64,000 nt of DNA from the NCBI GenBank assembly GCA_009914755.4, contig CP086569.2, forward strand, positions 5,536,001 through 5,600,000. Direction: 5' to 3'. The first letter of the stretch is position 1, and the number at the start of each line of letters is the position of its first letter. The notes below the pieces were generated by a model. The model was given only the letters and a program-made list of their open reading frames with translations, had not been told where the DNA came from and searched no databases. The DNA comes from the human T2T-CHM13v2.0 reference genome, Homo sapiens. Below are positions 1 to 18,900 of this stretch, piece by piece. The position numbers and the translations under genes were made by a program.

Positions 1-2689
1 TGCCCTCCTATGTGTGATGTGCTGCACCTACTTGTTGAGCTTATGTTCTTGGATATTGGCCCCTAATCTTGAATTCCCAATTCATGATACTTTCTCTTCA
101 TTACAATCCCAGGTTTCTACTGCTCCAAAAGTGTCCTATCAACTCCACATAGCATCCTCAGTGAGGTACACTGAAACATCTAAGTCCCAATTTTCCAGGC
201 CATATGGAATCAGAAACTTTGACTCAGGTTCATCAAACTATTTATCTAATACCTGCACCTCAACATCATAGCTCAAACATTGTGTTGAAAGTAAGGGCAT
301 GTGAGGATTCTTCTAGAGGTTTGCAGCCTCTGCCTAGTGTGTCAATAATCTTAATGTTTACATCCATCTGACTCCTCCACCTCTATCTATTTGTTCTAGT
401 AGGGGTTTGTGAAAGTCCTGGTGTCTAATCTCCTAACCCTATTTGTGTCTCAATTTTTCTTCCCAGAATTTCCTGGAACAAGAATGAACTATATTTCTTT
501 TCTTTTCCCATCTTGGTAATATTGTTATTTGAAACTTTATAATCAAATCAATTAAGTCTGCCTCTTAATTTCTTAAATGGGAGATAAAGTTACTAAACTA
601 TTTCCTCTTGTCTGAGCTTTAACAATAATTCCCTTGCTAAATAATTTAAGAAAGTCAATTTTGACACTCATGACTAATCAAGGAAATTGATCACATTTAG
701 CCAAAGAAATTTGATTCCTGAGAGGACTGGAGGTACAAAGTTGCAAATAAACAGTTTTTAAGAAAGGAGGAGAATATTTGAATGTTTTAACTTTTCTAAA
801 ATACAATTTACTATAAGGGGACACTTGAAAATATTGCTACATGAAAGGAGAGGCAGATGAGGATGGTACTTTTTATGATTTAAATAAAAAGTGGAGGATC
901 GTGCTTAATTTTGGTTTTTGTGATTTATCATAAGTCATATCACACTGAACTCTAATTACTTTATCAATATGAAAATTATACAGTAATAGTTCAGGCAGAC
1001 AAGTAAAACAAGCATGTAGGATAAACTGATCTGAGGACTTGAAGTAATTTCCATCGTAGCATAAGGCAGATACTTTTTCAGTGCCCTGAATGTTGTTTAT
1101 TATGGATACTAGTAATAATTCTTCTGAGTGTATCAAAATCACCAGTAGAGCACTGATGAAAAGTGATACTAATAGATAGGAGTAGGTAAGGGAGTTTTCT
1201 TATGGAAAGGAGTGAGAATGAAAGGTAAATATAGAAAAAATAAAGATAGAGGAAAAAGATTATGACATAACATTTCAGATAATCAAATGAGATTGAAAAC
1301 AAAGATTATATAATTCTACCACATAGCCAGTGAAATTCTAACTTTTAACCATAGCTTCTTCCAACTGTTTCAGCTGAATCCTTGACATCAATTCTTCTGA
1401 TTCACTGTTATCCAAAATGATCTGTAAATACTTAGTTTGCCTATTCAGTTAATATTCAGCTGGACACCTTTTCCAGAGTTCAATCTCTTATTTTTTCATT
1501 TTCCCGTTAGTGCCCTCTATTTGGATACTCATCTTAAGTATTTTGTATTATTGTTTTATTATGCATAGCATTTCTGGTTCAAAATCATCATCTTCAATTT
1601 GAACGGATAATTCCAACATCACATCGCTTGACATTCTCACTAGTAAGTTTATCCTACCCACTATCAGATCTAGCACTATAGCAAAATGATGAGCCAACAA
1701 CTCAAACCTGATTATTATGAATCCAATTACTGGCATTTTTCAGTCTGTCTAGTTCTAGCTCAATGTTTTTTCTCCCCCAAACAATGTATAGATTCAAAGA
1801 AATCCTAATCAAAATTACAGCCAGCTGTTTTTGAAATTGACCAGATGATTATTAATTTATATGTACTTGCAAAGGGTTAAAAATAGCCAGGATAGCTTGA
1901 GGATGAAAATTATGCTTTATTTAAAAAGATATGATAATTAAGATGGTGTGATTTTTTAAATAAGAATAGGACAATGAAGGAAATAAAAATTCCAGAGCCC
2001 AAAAACAGACCTACATAAAGTCATCTGATTTACTTCAAAGGTGACACATCAGAATAGTGGGGTAAGAAATTTCCATTCAAAAAATGATGCTGTACTAATT
2101 GAATATCCACATATTTTAAAAAATTGACATTTTTTAATGCCGTAGAATTTGAAGAGTGAAAAGAATAAAAAATCTTTTCAGAACTGGAGGGGAAAAAAAA
2201 GCAGCTCTATTGTTAATAAGTCTGGGAGGACAGGCAGAGAGAAAGTCAGATATAGTCTCAAAAAAATGTAACATTGTTTCTTCCAAGGTCTTGCAACAGT
2301 TGTGACATTCAATAAGGGCCACCTCTTTGGGTGACCACTGCTTTCTTACTATCGACATATCCAGACCAGATTTTCTATTTTTGTGTGTTACTAGGGAAAA
2401 CCCAATTGCTTTTGTCAGTAACCAATCCCCAGTTAATCTGTACTTATTTTAATCCATCCTCAGAAATAACAACCATACTTCCATTAGACTGCCCTCAGAA
2501 TCCTTCAGTGGTAACTCAAACTTTGCAAAAGACACTTCCTTCTATCTTGTCAGATGACATTCCACTAGTCCTCTGAAATACCCTTCCCTTCCAGTGAGTC
2601 AATAAATCTGATTTTGTCACACTACAGGCTTGTTCCTGTTGATCTTTAACAGGAGTTTGGACACTCTAAATATGAAATGTAAAATGAGA

Positions 2690-3620
2690 AACTTCTGGAA
2701 TATAACATAGAAAAATGTCTTTATGACCTTGAAATAGGCAACAACTTATTAAAAAGAAAACAAATAAAACAAATCACACTAGCAGCAAAGAGAACAATTG
2801 ATAATTTGTACTACATTAAAATTCAGAATTTCTTTTCACCAAAACACAGCATAAAGCAAAAGAAAATGCAAGCCAAAAATGCATGCAACCCAACATTTGA
2901 AATGTTTAACCGGAAATGTCTATTATGGACAAAGTTACTTGTGTCCATAATGTATACAAATTTTCTAGAAATTAATAAGAGACAGTCAACCTAATAGGAA
3001 AATGAAAACAGACTTTTTGAGGCAATTTGGAAAGAGGATATCAGTATCGGCGAGATTGGTAAAATTACTTTGTAGAACTGTTCATGAACTATTAAACCTG
3101 AATATCTGCATAGGTTTTGAACCAGCACTTCCAATCATGGGTCTATTAACTACAGAAATGGGTACGTATGTGCACCAGAAGGCAAGTGCCAAACCATCTA
3201 TAGCACAACAGGTCCTAACATCCAGAAACTAGAAATTACTGTAATTGCCATTAACAATAAAATGAGCCAAAGAACATGTTTATTTGCAGGAGATGTAACA
3301 CAATGGAATACTATGAATGATCAATAGAGGAAAAAGTGCTACTACATGCAATAACATAGATGAATTTCACAAATATATTATTGAACAACAAAAATGCTAG
3401 TCACAAGATAATACATACTGTATGATTCGATTAATATGAATTTCAAAAACAGACAAAAGTAACTTACAATGTTAGAAAAGAGGGTGGCAATAGTGATAGG
3501 TATGGGGCACAAAGAGAGCTTAGATACTGGAAGAAATTCAATATGTATTGACTTAAATGGCCAATTCAGCTACCTGCACATTTATGGTTTGGTAACATTA
3601 CTGTCTGTAGGTTATTCGTT
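2690..3620 (+). mobile_element. Ancient L1 (L1M-type) ORF2 C-terminal / 3' end fragment
   Basis: Resembles the L1M 3' region (motifs such as ...aatggaatactat..., ...cagacaaaagtaacttacaatgttagaaaagagggtggcaatagtgataggtatgggg...). The reading frame is degenerate and there is no intact ORF. Confidence 0.5.
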
Positions 3621-4136
3621 TTTTAGATACTAATTTTTTAAAGGACAGTTAAGCACAGACAGGAGGCAATTCACAACCCTGGTACAAAGAAAATGGCAAA
3701 AACCAAAGTGAGTCTATATAATTGAGAGATTCTCAGTTCCCAAAGTGTATTCAATATTTTCTTTTCATTGTCACCCATATAAAATAAGACTTTATATGTG
3801 AGAGATTATCTGGGAAGTGACAGGACAGTTGAGGTTTTCCCTGGGAGATTTTTCAATCATTACTGGGTGAATAGGGCACTTTAGGTATGTTGATTAAGAA
3901 TAAAAGGAAAAAAAATTGCACAGCATTTCTCTAACGTTTGCATCTAATCTGTTAAACTTTAGCTGAGTTTTGCAAGATTGTCATCTGGGAATACCACCTC
4001 AAAAAAGTAGTTGATTAACATAATCTCTTGATTAATTCAGAGGTGTGAATCCCAATCCCTTAGCAAATGAATTGGTAGGTAACGATTAATGATCAGGAAA
4101 AAGACAGGAAATTGGGCAAAATGTGAAAAAAAAATT

Positions 4137-4530
4137 AGTACCTACATCAGTTTGCTAGGACTGCCATAACAAAGTACCACAGACTAAGAGGCTTTAACAA
4201 GAGAAATATATTTACTTTCAGTTCTGAGGGCTACAAGTCTGAGGTGAAGGTGTTGGCAGAGTTATTTATGTTGGCAGAATTGCCTGTTTGTCTTGCAGAT
4301 GGCTGTCTTCTTGTGTCTTCACATGTTCTCTCTGTGTGTACCTGTGTCCTAATTTCCTCTACTGATAAAGATAACAGTCACATAGAATTAGAGCTTGTTG
4401 AAGTGACCTCATGTAACCTCAATTACCAATATAAAGGCCTTACTTTCAAATACAATCATATCCTGGAGTACTGGGGTTTAGGACTTCAACATATTAATTT
4501 TAGGGAGACAAAGTTCATGCTGTAACATTA
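4137..4530 (+). mobile_element. ERVL-MaLR LTR, MLT1-like
   Basis: Starts cagtttgctaggactgccataacaaagtaccacagact... and ends ...ggggtttaggacttcaacatattaattttagggagacaaagttcatgctgtaaca. This matches the MLT1 LTR consensus pattern. Confidence 0.55.
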
Positions 4531-4699
4531 CATATAACTTTACATTGAAAATTAATGTAAAAATAGCCCATAATTATTTTTTAAATTATTTTTAAACATT
4601 GTTCAAGAGTAGTTATGCCCATAAAAGTGGAAATCATCATGTCAAGGCAAACAAATTGACAAAAATCTAAGTGAGCAAACACAATTGAAGATACCTCCT

Positions 4700-4882
4700 T
4701 AGTTACTGTTATAGATTGAATCGTGTCCCCTTTCCACAAATTGATATGTCGAAGCTTTAACCTCGTATGTTATATTTGGACATAGGATCATTAAAGAGAT
4801 AATTAAGATAAAGTGAGGGCCTAAGGGTGAAGCCCTAATCCATTAGCACTGTTGTCCTTATATAAAAAGGAAGAAAATGCAC

Positions 4883-4927
<45 letters not shown>

Positions 4928-5095
4928 AAGGCAATGTTAGCACCCAGAAAGAAAATGGCCATCCACAAGCTAAAGAAATAAAGAGGCCTCAGGAGAAACC
5001 AACCCTGCTAGCACCTTCATCCTGAACTTCCACCCTCAAGAACAGTGAGAAATAAATTTGTCTTAGTCCATGGCAGGTGAATAAAACATAATATC
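4700..5095 (-). mobile_element. MaLR LTR fragment (MLT1-like), minus orientation, interrupted by (GA)n
   Basis: The reverse complement resembles the MLT1 3' half (gaatcgtgtcccc..., ...cctcaagaacagtgagaaataaatttg...). Boundaries are uncertain. Confidence 0.35.
4883..4930. repeat. (GA)n microsatellite
   Basis: About 24 GA units with two AAAG interruptions. Confidence 0.95.
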
Positions 5096-5096
5096 T

Positions 5097-5490
5097 TAGA
5101 CTGGGTAATTTATAAATAATATAAATTTAATTGTCACAGATGTGGAGGTTGGGGAGCCCAAGATTAAGGAGTCAACAGTTTTGGTGTCTGGTCAGGGCTG
5201 GCTCCTCATAGCCACTGTTTTCCTCACAGAATACTCTTGTGGCAGAAAATATGTGAATACTGAGTCCTCACATGACAAAAGGAGCAAAAGGATAAAGGGC
5301 AAAAAAGAGTAAAGCCTGTGTCCTCACACGGCAGAAGAGATGGACCAGCAAAAAGGAGCTAATGTGCTCACTACAACCTCTCTTATAAGTGTTCTGTGCA
5401 TAAGGGTAGAGCAATCACTTCCACAAAAGTCCTTCCTTTTAATACTATTACATTGGCTATTAGGTTCCAACATATGAATTTTCAAATCAC
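5097..5490 (+). mobile_element. MaLR-type LTR fragment (MLT1/MST-like)
   Basis: agactgggtaatttataaa...cacagatgtggaggttggggagcccaagattaagg...tcctcacatgac...ttccaacatatgaatttt parallels the MLT1 LTR in plus orientation. Confidence 0.4.
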
Positions 5491-5717
5491 AGCATTGTTA
5501 TTTAAGGCATCTAGTCATTGGTGTTTTATTATGCAGTGCTAGCAGACTAATACAGTTACCCAAATATATTTAGTTTCCTTTTCACAGGGTATTATGTATG
5601 GAAAGCACATGTTCAAATAAGGGAGAGGACTGGCACATCACCAAGATTTTGAGTTTTGTTTAATGATTTCATTATTCTTTTTTATATCACGCATTCAATT
5701 TTCTTTTTTAAAAAAAT

Positions 5718-12625
<6,908 letters not shown>

Positions 12626-12635
12626 AAATCTATGC

Positions 12636-12830
12636 TGAGTAATTATGATAGGATCCTTGATTCTGGCAATCCCACTTTTAGGTATTTATTCAAAAGAAAT
12701 GATAACATATGTCCATACAAATACCTGTACACATATGTTCATTATAACTTTATTGTAACAGCCAAATACCCCAGCAGCCAGCCCCCAACCAGTACCAGGG
12801 ACCACCCAAACTCCCGTTTTTGATTTTTGA
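12636..12830 (+). mobile_element. Old L1 ORF2 3'-terminal fragment, opposite strand to L1-A, abutting its 5' end
   Basis: ccttgattctggcaatcccacttttaggtatttattcaaaagaaatgataacatatgtccatacaaatacctgtacacatatgttcattataac... resembles L1 ...ttgatcccagcaatcccattactgggtatatacccaaaggaa.... The mirrored copy is at 33326-33480. Confidence 0.5.
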
Positions 12831-12896
12831 TACATACTTTCATCGAAATGTTGGTAAAATAAACATAGTGTCTCTAGTGGGATAAAACTTTCACAC

Positions 12897-12965
12897 AATG
12901 TATAGATATGTATGTGTGTATATATATATACACACATACATATTCATATTTATACATATATGCTT
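12897..12965. repeat. (TA)n/(TG)n compound microsatellite
   Basis: atgtatgtgtgtatatatatatacacacatacatat...; the homologous tract in arm B is at 32815-32930. Confidence 0.9.
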
Positions 12966-13631
12966 TTTATGTATACATAAAAGATCTTTACAAAAACAAG
13001 TAAAAATTGACATAACTATTTTAAAATAAAATAAAACTAAGAAAAGCAAAATATAATAAATAAAAACATGGATTATCATAAGTGATTATTTCATTACAAA
13101 ATATTTTAAATTGGGTATATTAAAATTGCAAGACGAAATTTTTTCTACTTTGATAGAGTAACTGGTAGTGGACTTGCCCTCCTTTCAGAAAAAATTACAA
13201 AACTGGAAAATACAGATAAAATACTGTTTGCAGATATTGGCAAACATGCAGCACAGAACTGTAATCAGTGAAGAAGGGTTAAAAGAAGGTAAGCACCACA
13301 ATATCCCAAACAGAGAAATAGGAAAGGTAAACTCAGGTAAATACCAGTAATCTCCCTGGATTGAAAAGATCAGAATTAAAATTCTGGAAAGTTTAGATAA
13401 ACTTTGGAATTTGTAGAGTACTGGAGGTGAAGGAATAGCACAGAGAAAGAGCTTCACAAATCTGAATAGAAAAGCCGTTGAATTTTTCCTCAATAAAAAG
13501 CTGTGCATGCATAAGGTGAAATTCCACAAGTTAAAACAGACAACAGCTGGAAAGTCCTGACTTGAATAATTCCCAGAAATTACAAAGGGTGGGAAGACAT
13601 TTAAACTCTAACCAATACGTTGAAAAACTCA

Positions 13632-13713
13632 TTTAATCCTTCTCTACGGAAAAATCTGTCAGACTTTATCTGACCAATCAGGTTGATAGATTTTTCTGTA
13701 GCGAAGGATTAAA
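13632..13713. repeat. Local hairpin palindrome (26 bp arms, 31 bp loop) created by a 55 bp inverted duplication
   Basis: Left arm tttaatccttctctacggaaaaatct (13632-13657). The reverse complement of the right arm, agatttttctgtagcgaaggattaaa (13688-13713), matches 24 of 26 bases. Arm B has a single copy only (30845-30870). Confidence 0.85.
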
Positions 13714-13744
13714 CTGATCTGTAAGTAATATAGCTGCCTGTCTA

Positions 13745-14795
13745 AATATAATTCAAATCTTGCTAATGTAGGACAACAAATATAGACACTCAATACCATA
13801 ATATTCACAGACACCTACTATACAGTGAAAAATTATTAGATATGCAAAGAAGCCAAAAATTATGACCCATAAAATGATGGATAAACATATGCCATGCTAA
13901 CAACAGCAAGAAGAAAGATGTAGTAACTATATTAATTTCAGACAAGACAGATTTGAGAATAAGGAAAAATATTAAAAGTAAAGAAGGGCATTACATAATG
14001 AGAAAGGAATCAATTCTCCAAAAGATATAAAAATTCTTAATATGTATGTGCTTAACAATGAGCATTGAATATGTGAAAAAAGAAGTGACAGAAATGAAAG
14101 GAGAAATAGAAAAATCTACTTTCATATAGTTGGAGATTTCAACACACTCCACTATCATTATGACAGATTCAGAATTCATAAAATCAGTATGGCCATATTT
14201 GAACAGAATAGTATCTTTAATAAACTAAATCTAACGGAAATTTATAGAAAAATTTATTCAAAAACAGAAAAACAAACATTTTTCTTAAGCTTATATTAAA
14301 CATTTACCAACTTAGAAAGTATTCTGGGCCATAAAACTCACCTTAATTAATTTAAATTAATAGCAATCATACAAAGTATGCTTTCAGACCATAATAAAAT
14401 GAAACTAGAAATCAGTGACTGAAAGTTACATGGAAAACATCCAAAATACTTGGAGAGTAAACGACACACTTTAAAATAACATATATATCTAATAAGAAGG
14501 GTGAAGACAATTTTAGAACATATTTTTAAATATCTCAAATGGAAATTATTGACTTTTGTAGAATAGAACCAAGGCAGTACTTAGAGGGAAATGTATAGCA
14601 TTTAATGCATATACTACAAAAGAAGACAGAACTATAATCAGCAATCAAATTTCCAATGTAGAAAACTAGGGAAATAGCAAATTAAATCCAAAGCATGCAG
14701 AAGAAAAGTCAACATTAGAAATTATAAAAAGAGCAGAAATCAATGAAATTGAAAACAGGAACCCAGCCAACAAAATAAAGATTATGAGATTTTGA
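13745..14795 (+). mobile_element. L1M ORF2 5'-half fragment
   Basis: Parallels L1 ORF2 N-terminal coding sequence (...aaagaagggcattacataatgagaaaggaatcaattc..., ...tggagatttcaacacactccac..., ...agcagaaatcaatgaaattgaaaacagg...). Frame is degenerate. Confidence 0.7.
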
Positions 14796-14866
14796 TCCTG
14801 TCATCATGTTGTTAGCTGGTTTCTTGTTTTCAATTTCATTGATTTCTATTATTTCTAATGTTTACT

Positions 14867-15408
14867 TTTGTATACCCAGGGGAGTATATGTTGTTCTATT
14901 ATAAAGACACATGCAAGCATGCGTTCATTACAGCACTATTCACAACAGCAAGGACACGGAATCAACCTAAATGTCCATCAATAATAGACTGAATAAAGTG
15001 TGTTACGTATATACCATGGAATACTATGTGTGTGTGTGTGTTTTTTTTTTATAGGATTAAAAAAGAATGAGATCATGCCCTTTGCAGGGACAGGGATGGA
15101 GCTGGAGGCCATTATTCTTAGCAAACTAACACAGGAACAAAAAAACAAATATCACATGTTCTCACTTATAAGTGGGAGCTAACTGATGAGAACACATGGA
15201 CAAATAAAGAGGAACAACACACACGGAGAGTAGAAGATGGTAGGAGGGAGATAATCAGGAAATATCAGTAATGATTACTGGCCTTAATACCTGGATGATG
15301 AAGTAATCTGTAGAACACACCTTTATGACACAAGTTTACCTATATAACAAACCTGCAAATGTACCCCTGAACTTAAAACAATTAAGTTAAAAAATAAATA
15401 TGAACCCG
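14867..15408 (+). mobile_element. L1PA 3' end fragment (ORF2 end + 3'UTR + A tail)
   Basis: ...ctattataaagacacatgcaagcatgcgttcattacagcactattcacaacagcaaggac...ccctgaacttaaaacaattaagttaaaaaataaatatg; a small (TG)n/T insertion lies at ~15030-15050. Confidence 0.8.
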
Positions 15409-15409
15409 G

Positions 15410-16528
15410 AATGGAAATGGTCGAAATGCCTGACTTAAATCGCATAGAGTGAAAAGCTGGATTAAAAGACAAGACTTAACTGTCTGTTATCTTTATGAAA
15501 CCCATCTCACATGTAATGACACCAACAGGCTCAAAGAAAAGAAATGAAGAAAGATCTTCTATGCAAATTAAAAACAAAGAAGAGCAGGAGTCACTATTGC
15601 TATGTCAGATAAAGCAGACTTTAAATCAACAACAATTAAGAACAACAAAGACATTACTTAATTACAAAGGTTTTAATTCAACAAGAATACTTAACTATCT
15701 TAAATATATCTGTACTCAGCCTTGGAGCACCCAGACTCATAAAAGAATTTTTTTTTTATTTACAAAAAGCCTAAACACACACACACAGTAATAGTGGGAG
15801 ACTTCAACACCCCCCTGACAGCATTAGACAGATCATCAAGGTGGAAATTCTGAAATTAAACTTTACACTTGACCAACTGGACCTAATAAACATCTACAGA
15901 ACTCCAGCCAATAACTACAGAATATGCATTATTTTCATCTGCATACAGAACATATTCTAAGATTAACCACCTGTTTGGTTATAAAGCAAGTCTCAAAAAT
16001 TTAAAATATTGAAATCATATCAAGCATACTCTTGACCACAGTGCAATAAAAATAGAAATCAATATCAAGAACATCTCTCAAAACTACACAGATACATGGA
16101 ATATAAACAACTTGCTCCTGAATAACTCTTGGGTGAACAACAAAATTAAGGCAGAAGTAAAAAAAAATAAAATAAATGAAAACAGAGACAAAAATTAACA
16201 AATCTTCGAGATACAGCTAAAGCAATGTTAAGTGGAAAATTTACAGTGCCAAATGCCTTCATTAAAAAGTTAGAAAGATCTCAAATTAATAACCTAACAC
16301 TGCACCTAGAGAAACTAGAAAAAAAGAAACTAATCAGCTCCAAAGCTAGCAGAAGAAAAGAAATAACTAAAATTAGAGAACTTAATAAAATTGAGATACA
16401 ATAATCCATAAAAAGATCAATAAAACTGAGTTGCTTCTGCAAAAAACAAATGAGATTGATAGACCAAACATAAGATTGATAGACTAACAAAGTAAAAAAA
16501 AAAAGAGAGAGAAGATTCAAATAATCCC
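15410..16528 (+). mobile_element. L1 ORF1-end/ORF2-start fragment (L1M/L1PB-like)
   Basis: ...gtgggagacttcaacacccccctgacagcattagacagatcatc... and ...gaccacagtgcaataaaaatagaaatcaa... match the ORF2 endonuclease region; ends ...aaagtaaaaaaaaaaagagagagaag. Confidence 0.7.
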
Positions 16529-16529
16529 T

Positions 16530-16898
16530 TGCATCAGTGTGTCCTAGATAAGGAACATGGAGTCTAAAGAGATTATTTTGGATCTTTAAGATTTAATGAC
16601 TGCCCTGCTGTGTTTGGGACTCACGTGGGGCCTGTAGCCCCTCTGTTTTGGCTGATTTCTCCCTTTTGGAATGGGAATATTTACCCAATGCCTGTATCCT
16701 CATTGTATCTTGGAAGTAACCAACTTATTTTTTATTTTACAGCCTCATAGGTAGAAGGAACTAGGCTCATCTTAGATGAGATTTTGGGCTTTTGAGTTAA
16801 TGATGAAATGAGTTAAGACTTTTGGAGGACTGTTTGGAAGACATGATTATATTTTGCAATGTGAGAAAGATGAGACTTTGGAGGGGGCAGGGGCAGAA
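16530..16898 (+). mobile_element. Possible MaLR internal-region remnant preceding 3' LTR
   Basis: Non-repetitive-looking sequence directly upstream of a THE1/MST-type LTR in the same orientation. The assignment is an inference from position only. Confidence 0.3.
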
Positions 16899-17600
<702 letters not shown>

Positions 17601-18267
17601 GGATGGAAGAGACAAAACCACGAGAGTTCCTCTATATCACTCACCATGTTTTGTAGCACACTGCATACTTTTATCATATCAGTTATTGCTCTGTATTGTA
17701 ACATGGGGTTTGCCTATCTGTTTGACTCATGGTGTTTTAGGTCAAGGTGTGGTATGGATTTCTAGTGTGCAGTAATATCTAATGGAGTTTTCGCTCCCTT
17801 CAGGTACACAGGATAATTATACTTTCCTTTATCCTTAGGCTGGAGATGGTGCCACAGTTATGGCTAATTGGTTTAAAAAAATCAGTTCCAGTCTTTTCTT
17901 CCCCTGACATGTTATCACATATACATATTCTAAATGGTGTAGCTTCAAGAGAGTGAAAAGTCTATCAGCCTCTGTCCCTGGGTGATTGTGCAGAGCCTCC
18001 GAAATTTGGCAGCTTCTGTAACTGCAGCATAGCCCAACCTACTTGGATGAATTAAAAAAAAAATTAACCTTACTTTCATTGTAGATGTGGAAACAGTAAA
18101 ATAAAATAAGACATTTTAATATAGCTGGGAAGGATGGTAACCATATTATACAATCACAAGAAATTTGGAATAACTGTCATGTTTCACAAATTATTCATCA
18201 GAACATGGAACAAATGAACTTGTAGCCAAAAAGAAGTTAGAAAGCAAAGTAAAAAATGAAAATGTTA

Positions 18268-18346
18268 TTAGACTGGTGCGAAAGTAATTGTGTTTTTTGC
18301 AACAATTTCATTGCAAAAACCTCAATTACTTTTGCGCCAACCTAAT
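18268..18346. mobile_element. MADE1 (Hsmar1-derived MITE, ~80 bp palindromic)
   Basis: tagactggtgcgaaagtaattgtgttttttgcaacaatttcattgcaaaaacctcaattacttttgcgccaacctaa closely matches MADE1 ttaggttggtgcaaaagtaattgcgg...ccgcaattacttttgcaccaacctaa. Confidence 0.8.
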
Positions 18347-18756
18347 GGTAATTGTGTTAGTTGTTATTTGTTGTGTTTGGCATAGTATTATAAGTGAAAG
18401 AAGAACTCTGAAAATAATTGGTTAGTTTCAAAGCGAATAATAATAATGGAAATAGAAAAGTCCAGAAATTCTAGACCTTCCAGTGTTTAAAAGACTACTT
18501 CTGAGCTCCAAATATAAAAGATAAGAGTGATAAGACTTTAAGGAATGAATGCCCAATAAAACGTTTAATCTGATTTAAGTTTCCTCTGGGAAAAGTTTTC
18601 TTAAGAGTGTGGCACCTAATAAAAACTTTTAATTTAATAAAGTAACTCAGAACAAAAATCCCATTAAGTGTGTGGCCTTCCAAGAGACCGTACTAACAGC
18701 CTCATCTCAAGGCAGTCCCCATTAAATTGAGGGAGAGAAGGGAGGTTCACAAAGTG

Positions 18757-18900
18757 TCTCTCTCTCTCTCTGTCTCTCTCTCTATATATATATGTGATAT
18801 ATTATATATAATAAAACTAAAGATAAATATGTAATATATAAATATATAACAAATAATAAAATGAAAATATATAGCATAGTGTAATCCATAATATTTTTAT
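18757..18900. repeat. (CT)n then (TA)n/AT-rich low-complexity tract
   Basis: gtctctctctctctctgtctctctctctatatatatatgtgatatattatatata... Confidence 0.8.

Noticed and set aside
1-2690. Possible old LTR or DNA-transposon remnants (for example aataaa-containing 2560-2640, and an AT-rich 873-1302 minus-strand ORF cluster).
   Set aside because: I cannot match them to any consensus I can recall with confidence. They are left unannotated rather than guessed.
18268-18346. 80 bp perfect-ish palindrome that could be read as a regulatory hairpin or miRNA precursor.
   Set aside because: The sequence matches the MADE1 (Hsmar1 MITE) consensus. Some MADE1 copies do give rise to miR-548 family hairpins, but nothing here indicates expression.
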